From Epiperipatus broadwayi (lineage: Eukaryota > Animalia > Onychophora): DNA of 64,000 nucleotides. Each line of letters starts with the position of its first letter. The stretch's first letter is position 1. Location of the stretch: NCBI GenBank assembly GCA_028023455.1, contig JAQFVV010000005.1, forward strand, positions 11,904,001 through 11,968,000, in the 5' to 3' direction. The position numbers and the translations under genes were made by a program. Below, one piece after another: positions 49,100 to 61,618 of the stretch. Below the pieces are notes generated by a model that saw only the letters and a program-made list of their open reading frames with translations, was not told where the DNA came from and searched no databases.

Positions 49100-52000
49100 C
49101 TAACATTACCTAATATTATTCATTCACGAGTAATGCTAATATCATGGGCTTGAATTAGGGCTGAGCTCATGTTGTGTACTAAGTATTGGAGGGGTGTTGG
49201 AGGTATCCATAACAATATATATATATAAACACTTTAAGAATAGAAATTTAGTCTTACTACCAATAAACAATGCAACTCATTATAAAACTGTTTATGATAA
49301 AAATAAAAATGATGACTAATTCATTGTTATAATCTCTTGAGGAATACATTAATCAGTATGTTGAGATTACTATATCCATTTAGTATTTGGTTACATTCGA
49401 GTAACCATTATTGCTAATCCTAATTCTCAATAAAAGACTAGAAATTATTAGATAATGTTGATATAATTACCAAAAAACCACACTTTTAATGAAATTTATA
49501 TTTTATTGTTTAAATTGAAAGATATTGAGCAAGCATGGATAGCCTTCACAAATATATTATCACATATAATAAACCATGTTACCAATTGTCCACACACCCC
49601 ACAAAGCTTCTAGCCCTTGCAGATGAACTACATAAATGATTCATCCAAATCACACCAACATCAATGATGTTTGATGACAAAAAAGAATACAAATCCATCT
49701 GTGAATTGTTGGCTGATTACCTGGTTACAAAAAAAATGAAATTTTTTGTGTCACATTCCCATGCATAATCAAAAATTGCATTCAATGGCCTCTAGGTCAA
49801 TCACCTATTGTTAGATCACCTTTGGCCTTATGTAAAGGTGAGAAGGGAATTACTGATAACATGATAGATATATTTATGCACACTTTAATGAAAAATTACA
49901 AAGGATAAATGTTTTTGAACCTCTTTCTAAATATTTTGGTAAGATAGATGTACAAAACTCATTCAAACCTCAAGACATCTTATGATGCCTAAATAAAATG
50001 TCTAATTCATGTCAACCAAGACTTCCTGGTATACCAAAATTTGTGTTCCCACATATTAGTCAATTTACATCTGAATTTCTTTGTAACATGGCCAACTTTA
50101 TATCAAGGGAGTTATATAAAATCAAAAGTATATATTCGAAAACATTGGTGTCCTTGTGCAAAAAAAAAACATTATATAATATTGATCTATATCTATTAGT
50201 CCATTGTGCATTAAACTTCTAGAAAGAGACAGCAATGAAAAAAATTGAATTATATATACTACTAATAACATCAGCACAATTCACTAAAAAGTTCATTGAT
50301 AGGTCAAGAGGCTATTGTTCAAAACATTCATTGGTAGCATATGTAGTGCAAAGATATATAGTTCAATGATAATACAGCTGGACATAAAAGTAGCATTTGA
50401 TTCAATTCTAATTGATAATCTCATAATATTAAACCTATTGTATAATTAATTACAAATCTATTAACAAATAAGAAAAATCCACATAATATTAAATATGAAA
50501 ATTTGACTTTCATTCAATTCACATCAATCAATTCCCCCAAGAACCATTCAGTTCACTTTATATATAAATTCATTTCTCAATGTAATAGAAAAAGAATTCC
50601 CAGGGATTCACATGCCTATTCTAAAATGCATATCCTACATCACATACATGAATGATGTCACAGACTTCCTCTCAATTAAAAAACAACTCCAGATACTTAA
50701 TGATACTAAATGAATATAAAAATACATATAAACTAAAGTTCAATTTAAACAAATGTGCCCATGTCATATGTACAGGCAAAAATCACCTAAATATTTAAAA
50801 TTAAACTGAGAGACTGCAAACCTCTCACGCTTATTAGCCAATCAGATGTTATTAATAGTGATCAAATCGTAAATACAAGACAGAGAATTTAACAAGAAAA
50901 GAGTGTCCACCCTTCTCTTTACTTGTCTTTCTATATATCCAAGCCAGTCTGAAGTACTTAGATTTGAAAGCATGAATCTTCAAACATATTTACATTTAAT
51001 TCACTTAGTTTAAATTACAAATATACAGCATGAAATCCTACGATTTACTGTGCAGTAGTTTTTAGATGTTTTTCTTGTTAAATTCTGTTTTGTATTTATG
51101 ATTTGATCGCTATTAATAACACCTGATTGGCTAATAAGCGCGAGAGGTTTGCAGTCTCTCAGTTTAATTGCAAATACTGTTTGCGCTTTATAAATTAAAT
51201 ATTATTTAAAGGTAAACACAACATATTTACAATTTTCATACCATCTAAGTTATATGGGAATGAAAAAGCAGATACAGGACAAATTAATAAATTCAATAAA
51301 AAACACAATAGCACCATTATCAAAAGCATATCTCATTATAAACCAAATATTAATCATCACAACAATTAAATATTATACTCCAATAATCATTTTCTCAAAA
51401 TCATTCATCACAGGAGTTTAATCATTAAATAGAAAATTTCTGGAGGGAGTGAAAACTTCTGGTATCTCAACAGAAAGTTACAAGCACATTCTAGAATCAA
51501 TGGATTAGATTTACACTAAATACACATTCAGAATACAGAAAATAGTTAACCTCCTATCAGCCATGAAGAAAACTCTACCTCAAATTAAAAAAATAATTAT
51601 TGTATACAAACATACAAGCCATTCCCATACTCAAAACATAGGGCAATAATTATTGAGCCTATTACATCCTTAAGCCTTAATTCCACCTGATAAAATGCAC
51701 CTATTAGACAACCTACATCACATTATACCCAAATATAGATGAAACAAAACTCTTAGCAAGGCTGGGAATTAATAATAAAAAATTCCTATGAAGACTCGAG
51801 CACTGGACAATTGAACCCAAATACATTGATTTTGTTATCAGATTAAATAGGAAATCACTGCCAACATTACATTTTTTCAAATATAAAAGATATAACAACA
51901 GTGATGACATATGTAACCCATGCCACAGAAAAGAATCAAAATCATTTTCTGTTCAATTCAGCAGTCTAGAACCTGCAAAATTTATATAAATACAATGCAT

Positions 52001-52400
52001 AAGAAAAATAAAACCACTCACTCATACAATCATTCCCACATGCAAACTTTGCAGAATTCCAGACTACTACATTTATATTCTATGCACTATGGTATACAAG
52101 ATGCATATTTTTCTACAATATTAACAGTAAAAGACATTCAAACAATTTCAAAAATAAACTTGAAAGAAAAAATGAGACAAAAAAACTCTTCATTATATAT
52201 ATATACAGTATATTGGCCTCATATATAGCACATTTCCAATCTGTAAAGAATTATGTTTTTCTCTTAATTTCATCATTGCCATTAAATCGTTTTTTTAACC
52301 AATTGTAACTTTTTTTAACCTACATACAATGTAATCTCAATTATTCTTATGTAACTGTTTACCTGCATTTTTTTTTACCTGAATAAATTTACTTTGAAAC
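49100..52400 (+). mobile_element. Highly decayed L1/Tx1-like ORF2 and 3' UTR, interrupted by a family E element
   Basis: NIMGLN (APE start-like, ~49137), ITYMNDVT (YADDVT-like, ~50638-50662), CKLCRIPDYYIYILC (CCHC-like, ~52041-52085), and a 3' UTR with AATAAA at ~52382. Confidence 0.5.
50799..51195. mobile_element. Family E fold-back insertion
   Basis: Arms of about 100 bp, 50799-50900 / ~51070-51169; 26-nt right tail. Flanks TAAATATTTAAA (50788-50799) / TAAATattATTTAAA (51196-51210), a probable TSD with a 3-bp slip. Confidence 0.85.
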
Positions 52401-52494
52401 TAATACTTTCATTCTTTTTTTTTATGCCTAAATATATATCATCTTTACATTTCATTATTTCAACATCCAAAAAACAATCTACATAAGTATTTAC

Positions 52495-52700
52495 ATCTAG
52501 TATCCGAATATTCTAGCTCTCCACTGACGTGAGCCATAAGCTCGAAAACAATTGGTCTGGAGATGGGAGTGTTCTGGATAGAGATTTTAAATATTTTCTC
52601 ATACCGCACTTATTAATTAAGAGCCTGTTTGAGCTATTGGTATGCTCTCTGTATTTTGTAACTACAAGCTTATAAAAGTAATGTCACGTTATATATGACT
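52495..52700 (+). mobile_element. Family C-related single-arm copy
   Basis: GAATATTCTAGCTCTCCACTGACG... and ...GTAACTACAAGCTTAT resemble 19527-19633 and the family C tail. Confidence 0.6.
52518..52563 (+). ncRNA. Minimal hammerhead ribozyme with one core substitution (A9 to U)
   Basis: TCTCCA-CTGACGT-GAGC(cataa)GCTC-GAAA-ACAATTG-GTC^TGGAGA: perfect 6-bp stem I and 4-bp stem II. Confidence 0.68.
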
Positions 52701-54964
52701 TGCTTTATTAATTAGTATTTACATCTTCTATATATAGCATTACATATTTCTTTTCTAATAAAACTAATTCTTGTTTTATTTTCTATTAGGACTACATTTT
52801 CCACAAATTTTTTTCCTAAAACTAATTCTTCAATTCCTAGGTGTGTTTCTGTAGAGCTATTCCTACACATCATTTTTGTTACATTTTCCAAGTTTTTAAT
52901 TTTACAAATATAAAAATCAATCTGGTATTTTCATCTATTGTCTTTTCATGTAACTGATTAATTTTCTTATATTTTGTATCACTTTTAAATGTATTCTTTT
53001 TCTCTATTTCAATTTTTTTTCTACAGTTTTTCCATCTTTGTGTTTTTTAATTTCATTTCTTAAAACACTGATCTGATATGCTCTTATTTTTGTTAATAAG
53101 AAAATAATTATAAAACAAATCAGTTAAAAGTTTATTCTTCTCAGCTTTAAATGCAATTCCTCTGTTTTAAATAATCTTATTTGTATAAAAATTTTCCAAA
53201 GTCCTGACTTACTGTATATGTTCTACATTCTATCATTTATCAACATATTCTATTTTAAAATTTTCTTTCAATCTAGATACGAAATGTTAAATATTTAATT
53301 TTTTATAATACTAAATCATTTTTTTTAAAAATTAGCAATCTTTACTATAATTTTTCTTTAGACCTTTTACATTTATTTTATAAGCAGTTCTTTTATGTTT
53401 ATATTCTTATTACTAACCTAATATTTTAATATTTATCTTCATACTTTAATATTTTTTGTCATGTATTATTTTATAATATATTTGATTTCTGTTAGCTTTT
53501 TTACTATTCTTCAGAACAGTCAAATCTTGTAAATTCCATTATGTTTTACCTTGTAGATTATAAGATAATGCTCAGCATATTTTATACTTTATATTTTTTT
53601 TCCTGCAGATTTCCCAATTCAATGGCCTAGTGCTCTTGGCACTTTCTAACTTTTTTCAACATGTTGTTTTATCTCCAAATATAATCTCATAAGTTTTTAA
53701 ATTTCATCTCTAAATTTGATTTATCAACATTTCCCAAATTTTTATTGTAAATATGAAGATTGACTTCACAATGTACCCTGTAATCTTTGATTATTGACAC
53801 AATCTGAGCATAGATTAAAACATTTTAAATCATATCACTAAGAATAAATACAGACTTCTTTTAGAAAACCCATTAATTTTTATCCCTTTTAAAAAGGCAA
53901 TTCAGGATAGAAAAAATTTCTTTATACAATTTATATAACATTTATTATATGTAACATATATAAACTTGTTACATTTATAAAAAAAAGTGTGTGCACTTAA
54001 ATTTTATATGTTTATTTTCATTTTTAAAGAGATTATCCAGGAAAGGATTCTATTATTTATTTATCTATTTATTATATAAGTATATATATTGTACTGTTTT
54101 TTATCAATTTAGGCTTTATACATAATAGATTGCTAATGTATTTGTTATCAAGTTACATCTGCATTTATTCATTCTTGATATTAGAGATCTTCACAGAATG
54201 TAACTACATTCCAAATTAATTCACCTAATTTTGGATTCGGATTTGCATTGCCGGCAGAATTTTTTAATTTAAGAGGGCGCCAAAGTCTATAAACCCACTG
54301 ATTCCCACCACATCACATCTCATAGTTTCACAGTAAATAACTAAATGTAATATTTTTTAAGAATTTTCCCCAGTGTTCAGATATTAAATGAACATGTTGG
54401 CATAGGTAATTTATACATTTCTTAAAATATTTCATTAATAATAAAATCTAGCAAACTAAAATTAAGAATGTACAATGAAAGAGTTATATTACTGATAATT
54501 TTATTCAAACAAATTAACTAAAGTATTAAACTATATTTATGACCTATTAACAAAAAATTGAATCATTATTATAATGGAAGGAACACACACATGCACATCC
54601 AAATAATAAAGTTCATCAAATAATTACATAGTTCATATTCCAATTTTATTATGTCACTGCTCAAAAGCAATTAATTAAATAGTCTCTTGAAGAATTGAGA
54701 AAAAGTCTCTTTAGTGATATGGTAAGCTTATAATTGTTTAATTTGGGAACATATTTAATCAAGTATGATTTATTTTATGACTAGTATCTTACCAGTAAGT
54801 TTCTAGGTGTTACATGGATCGTTGATTATACCATGCATGGTTGTTGGATGAAGAGCTGTGGTAGTTAATTTTTAATTTAAATCTCTCAACATTTTCATGC
54901 TTTTGGTCTGTAGTAAGGTATGGTGACACTTGAAGCTTCTAGTTGACTTTTTTTTGTGAGGGAA

Positions 54965-55243
54965 TTTCTTATAATAACTTCTCTCATATACACTTTAATG
55001 CAAAAAAATTTAATAAAACTTCTTTATTTTCCTGACAGTTTTGATTGTCCAGTAGTCTTCATTTTAAAGGTAGAGGAAGTTTGAGAAAGCTCTGATGAAG
55101 ACTTCTGGTCAGTCGAAACTGTCAGGAAAATAAAGAAGTTTTATTAAAAAAAATTTTTTTGCATTAAAGTGTATATAAGAGAAGTTATTATAAGAAATAT
55201 ATATGAAGAAATGCAAAGAAAGTAAAGGAGAAGAATAAGAGTA
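54965..55243. mobile_element. Family D hammerhead-bearing fold-back insertion
   Basis: Arms 54965-~55062 / ~55095-55197; 46-nt right tail. 11-bp TSD TTGTGAGGGAA (54954-54964, 55244-55254). Confidence 0.87.
55088..55126 (+). ncRNA. Hammerhead-like motif (family D)
   Basis: CTGATGA-A-GAC(ttctggtca)GTC-GAAAC-T-GTC^AGG followed by AAAATAAAG. Stem I is reduced to 2 bp. Confidence 0.58.
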
Positions 55244-58200
55244 TTGTGAGGGAAAATATCAGCAAATGCTCTGCTTTTTTCCCAAGCCAGACAAATTGAT
55301 TCTGCATATAGTCCTGGGTGGAGGAATTTTTGTGGTTCTGAGAACAAGAAAATTACCCTTAGCATCTCCTGTCCTCTTACTCCATTCAGAACTCAAGAAA
55401 AGCACCAGAAAAAAAGATCTTCTCCAAAGTTGTCTGCTTCTTTTTATACCTTGACCAGTTTGGAGATTTCGCCATATATTTTCATCTTTTGTTTCTTTCT
55501 CAGTATACAAATTGATAATATTGTATTCTTTGGCTTTTTAGTTACCAAGTTCTTTTATATATATATATAAATTTCTTTGGTGCCATCTTTAATTAGTATT
55601 AGAAGGATATTACACTGATGGTAATCATTTGTGTTTGGAATTTCTTTGTTTATCTGGATTAACAATTGTATGCATTTCTATTCCTTCCAATTTTAACTCC
55701 ATTTTAATTAAATAGATAATATGAAACACAAATAACTTTCATTGCATGTATCTAAAAATGAATTATACTAATTAAAAAAAAAAAAAGAAAACTAAATTGC
55801 ATTCATTGAACAATTTAAAATTATTTTTTTTTTAGCTCTTAAATATGACTAAATGCCAACACATGCAGCATACGTATATGGTACAATATATACATATTTA
55901 CTATTTTAATATAAATAAAGCTTATTTTCTATTTACTTAAATTAATTGTTTTTGTATTTTGTTTATTTATATAATCATACTATTGGATAAATTTTATGGT
56001 CACATATTATATTTGATATGTTTTATATTTATTATAATTCATTATAATTATATTTTAGTTATTAATTTCATGTGAGTCAGTTGTTTAATTCCATACTTTA
56101 AGAATAAATAAATATTTTGGTTATCAAATATAATTGGCTACAATAAAATGCTCTTTGACATGTACATTTATTGACTGGTGAATTTATTTATATGCAGAGA
56201 TCTAATAGTAATCATTAAAACTCTGAGATTCTTAATCTGTTAGTTACAATTTATTTTGATTAATATGTGGATTTGTTATTTGCTTACTTATAATATTTAA
56301 AACCCTGAGAATTCATATTTTTTTATTTAATTGGGTATAATTTGAACATCAACATATTTATTATTATTATTTTTATACTGTTACAAATTTGAATTGTCCA
56401 AGGTGTTGCCTACTTTTTGATCTTTAGAGTTTGACATCCAGATGTAGGCTCAATTTATCATTCTTATTTTGATGTGATCTTATATGTGATGGTAATATGT
56501 TTTTTAAATAATAACAATTCTTCTGATAATGTAAATATGTTTTGGATTTATAATGTAACATTTTCGGGAAAAAATCTGAGTTGTGTAAAATTTTCCACTA
56601 GTATTGTACAGTTAATGAAACTGAATGAAATAATAGATGGAATGGACATAAACCATAAGGCAAAAATTAGAACAGCATAACACATGAATTCACATATCAG
56701 TTAACACACCTAAGACAAATAACATTATTTGAAAACCGTCAGAAACAGAAGATAAAAAGACTGAGAAGCAATTGGCAAAAGTAACAGAATTGAGAAAACT
56801 AATTAAAATAATCAAACATTTGATAAAATACTATTCAATACATTTGTACAGCGAACAGATCTAAAGTACCACACAAAAGCAATAATACTGGATAAAGCTA
56901 TAAAAAGGATATTAAATAAGTCAATGAAAAAGCAAAAAAATTGAAATGTATTAGACCAGTTTAATATATATATAGAAAAGATGAAACAAATTAAAGAATA
57001 ATTTATAACATTTTTGACTAAAAATCAGAGGAAACATTTTATTTCTATCATCAAAAAATGGACTTCTAGAATATTTTTTTTTGTAGCTCCTATAGAAAAT
57101 GTTCTATGACCAATTTTTATTAATTGCCTTGGAATTACAAAAGTTTGCAGTCCTAGAGATTTGTTCAAAGTAAATTATCATTCCAAATAAATTGTGCAAG
57201 ACTTTTCTCTAAATTTTTATAATCACAAAAACAATTCAGGATTATTGTTACAGTTATCTGTTACTTTTAATTCTTCTTGTTTATATTAAAGTATAAAACT
57301 TCATTTTTTTTTTTGGTTTTAATAAAATAATTAGAGAAACTTCACTGAAAATGATTTTTCTATTGGATAAGTTGTTTTATTTTAAATCATATCTTTTAAC
57401 AACTTTGTAATTTTTATATAATTTTAAATTATTTTTTATAATAGTATAGAAATAACAATACTTCACTGTAATTACAATAAATTATTTCATGAACTTTTAA
57501 TATAAGTTTTGTTTTATCATCAACAGCTGCTCACAAGTGAAAACGATCATTCTAATTTCAGAAAATATAGAAATCCAATTAGTAAAAGTTAAAAGTGAGT
57601 CTTACACTAAGAATATAAATCCATCCATAAACCACAAGCATGTTCATATATATAACACATTGGTCATTTACCCTGTCTATTTGATTTATTACACTGCTAT
57701 TCTTCTGCAACAAACATTTCTTCTGAAACACTAACTCTTTGCCTAATTCTAATTCTCCAACCTGTCATATCTTTCATTGAAAACTATAAATAAGCATATT
57801 AAAAATGCTTTTAAAACAATCTTTATAAAGTATATAGAATCTATTTCTTCCATAAAAGTCATGTTTAAATTCACTATAAAATAATAGTTTACAAAATTTA
57901 CCTTTTTCATTTACTACACATGAACAATACATTAAAGATGTGCTTTGATAGTAATAATCACATTTAATAAGCTGAAAAACATATTATTTGGTGTAGAGAT
58001 TCTATCATATTATTAGAATATTATAACTCATTTTTAAAATAAAAATTTTTTAAGTGCCTTTATGCTAATAAAGGATTTTGTTACTCTTTCATACAATAAA
58101 TTACAAAGAAGAAAAACTACATTACTATAATGAAATATCCTATTTAACAAATTATTATATGCAGCAGCAGTACATCGAAATCTCTGCTGCACTTCAACAT

Positions 58201-58561
58201 CTAAGTTCACATTTCTATTTAAAAACCTACCAAGATATTTTAAATTGATTTATACTCTTAAGCTAGAAATACTTGAAAATAAAATTGCTGAAGATTTTTC
58301 TTCCATCATTGGCTGAAAATCTATCAATCAGTTTTAATAAATTAATTAACAAATGAAAATTCAATAGGAACTTTCATAGATCATCTTTATAAAAGCACAG
58401 TCAATAGTGTGATGTAAATCTAGAAAGCAAAATAACGAGGTTCTAATTCTGTTTATTATCTGCTCAAATTAAAGACTTCCATTAAATATACTGGCTTTAT
58501 GAACTAGCCTATAAGCTACTCCAAAAACCAGTCATAAAAATGCAAAACAAAGTTGAAATTA

Positions 58562-58948
58562 AAAGAGGCAAAACTCTCCATACAGTATTGCCACTCAATC
58601 CAAGCCAGAGTAATCAATGGATGCCAGAAGGCTTGTGCATAAAATCCCAATCTAGTGCCTACTCATCCAATATCCCCAGACTAGGTTCTGGCTTGTGGCT
58701 TTTGTCAGTGAGGAGCCTTAGATGATGCAGTGCTCTCAGATCCAAGGCTCCTCATTGACAAAGCCAGAAACTAGTCTGGGAATATTGGATGAGTAGACCC
58801 TAGATGGGGATTTTATGCACAAGCCTTCTGACATCCCTTGATTACTCTGGCTTGCATTGAGTGGCAATACTGTATGGGAGTTTTGCCTGTTTTAATAACA
58901 GTTATAAGCAAGCATAAGAACTGGTGATCATGTGATGTTTATTGGCTT
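58562..58948. mobile_element. Family B symmetric fold-back insertion
   Basis: Arms 58562-~58722 / ~58740-58892 with two degenerate hammerheads. 56-nt right tail containing GGTGATCATGTGATG. Perfect 13-bp TSD AAAGTTGAAATTA (58549-58561, 58949-58961). Confidence 0.92.
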
Positions 58949-61618
58949 AAAGTTGAAATTAGTACTTAATATTGTTTAACACCCAGTTTTTACCTAAAGT
59001 GCCTCAGATTTTTCATCAACCAAATAAAGCATCCTAATGTATCATCATAGGTAAGCTGTATAATGTGAATGAACTTCCATGAATAACAAATTAATTTCAA
59101 ACCTTATCACAAACATGTATTATACAACAAAAATAAAGTAGATTCACTTCCTTATACTGACATCTTGGTTTGTCAAAAGGTTTAAGAATAGATTCAATAT
59201 GTAGAGCTATGTGGGATGAAAGTATTATACCAGTAGGAAGTCAAATGTTCATCTGATTACCGGTTCTAATTTATTATTATCTATAAATTCATGCTAACTT
59301 ACTGAATTTAATAATTGTAAAACTAAATGATTGCACATGTAATACATAAATACACTGTAATTTAGTGCAGAAATAAGGCATTTTTGTGAATGTAGTTAAA
59401 AATCAACATTCATTATGACTGGGGTCTAATTAAATAGTTTTCTGAAGGCATTTCAAAAATAAAGATAATCATTTTTATTAACCTATCCAAACTCATGAAA
59501 GATTCTTAAGATTAATTCAATAACCTGTCTAGTCATGTGGTATACATATGTAATGCACATTCATTTACTTAATTAATCTATAAATTATTCTAAAGATAAT
59601 AAATTTTACATTTAATATTATCATTTGTAAGAGATGATTTTTTTGTTTCTCAGGTTGGATTATTTTATCAGTAAAATCACTTTGTATTTCAAAGATAACG
59701 AATTTTAAATTAAATGTACTCATCTACAGAAAACAACTATTAATCTTAAAATTTATCTTGTAATTTCTTTGTTAATGATTGCAGTTTAGTTTATTACAGG
59801 AATAATAAATCTTAGATTAAACGTCTGTAGAATGGCAACACATCATTTCTATTTCATAACTCATAGAATTAAAGTCTAATATTTTCTTAATATCTGATTA
59901 TTTCTCTAACCTCCCTTTCATTTAATTAATTTAATGTAAAAAACATCACTTAAAATTGTACTTTAGTCAAGTGAGACTAAGTAATAGTATTCTTATCAAA
60001 ACAGAATTGAGATACATCTAATATTTTTAAATTGAAATTTAGTGCAGTCGATGACCCTAATATTATAAACATTCTTGGAATAATTTTCAATTGAAAAATC
60101 TGTTTGGTCAATTAGAAGCTTAGATGTCACATGATCCCTGCATAATTATCAGTACAATTTTAGAAAAGGATAAGAATTAGAACTTATCATGAGCACTTTT
60201 AAAAACTAGAAGTAAATTTTTCTTAAATAGCATTTATTATTTAAAACAAAAATAAGAAATGCTTGAAAATTATTACTCCCCATTAGAATTTTGAAATGTT
60301 TGAACACTCTTTCATTATAATTAATCATAAAAGCAAAAACTTTGGTCATATGAATTGTCAATGCAAATAAAATTTTACTAAAGATTTTTTGTGAAAGATA
60401 AAGGGTATTTATTATTTAATTTAAAAAATCCTATTACTTCAAGTTAAAATAGAATTCAAAGTTAATTTCTTAAAACCTCCAAAAAATAATATGAATTTTT
60501 TGTTTTCACAAATATAATTACCTGTAGATGACACCCTCTCCAGTAAACTTTAATTAATAGTCCTACTTTTGGTCTTTTGTCCAATATCAACTTACCAGAT
60601 AATGAAATAGTAATACTAATAATTGACAACTGACAATAGTATCTAATAGTCAGTGAATTAATAATTTTTAGTAAAGCAGTTCCCCCATTTCCAACATTCA
60701 AAATAATATTCAAGAAGAAAAAATTATTGAAAATTACTTTTAAAAAGTTTCAATTTTTTATCATTTAACTTTTTAATTCATAGTACATATGCACTATGTA
60801 CATATAACTACATATATTTGTTTTATAACAATATGTAGACATACCTACACATACATGTTAAAAGTGGATAGTAATATACAGCTCATTATAATCCATAAAT
60901 ATGGGTATTTGCACTATTACTTGGTTTACAATGTCATGGTAAAAAGGGATTCTATATTTTTAAATTTGTTTATAGATTTTTTAATAGAAATCAGACTTTT
61001 TTTTTATTAAAAAAAATATTTATTTTTTAAGAAATGAGATTAAATCCACACATTTATACAAACCCAATGATGAGATAAAAATTTGGTTGTAAATAGTACT
61101 ATTTAATAATAATATCCCATCATTTATAAGAACAATATCTGTATAGGAAAATTTCAAAATCCAAAGTCCAATCTGATAATGAGAAAGAATTGACTTTATA
61201 AAAATAAAATAAGTTTCACTTATTATTATAATAAAAATAAATAGACAAATTTATTTATATTGATAAACATCCTTTGAATATCTACTTATTTCTTATAACA
61301 AATGAAAGTAATGGGGTTTGTTACAAAAATTTTAACTTGTGTCCTTAGGGTTATAATTAATGAATCTTTTATCTAGTTTCCATTTCAATCAAGTTTAATA
61401 TAACATTCATAATTAATTTTGTACATTACATTCTATAAAATTCAATTAATCCCTTATAAATATTCACTTTGAGTAAGTTGTTTTTAATGGAAGCTACACA
61501 GTTTCAAAATGATTTATTTTAAATTTCACATTCTTTTTAGAAATGTTTAAATGGTATATTCATTAACATCTTTCACACCTTCACTAATCAAGTTTTACAT
61601 GTAGATTTTAAAACTAAA

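Noticed and set aside
55244-55700. Possible PLE ORF adjacent to the family D element
   Set aside because: The TSD shows this sequence is the target flank, not part of the insertion. Its peptides (NLQTGQGIK...) only vaguely resemble a LINE C-terminus.
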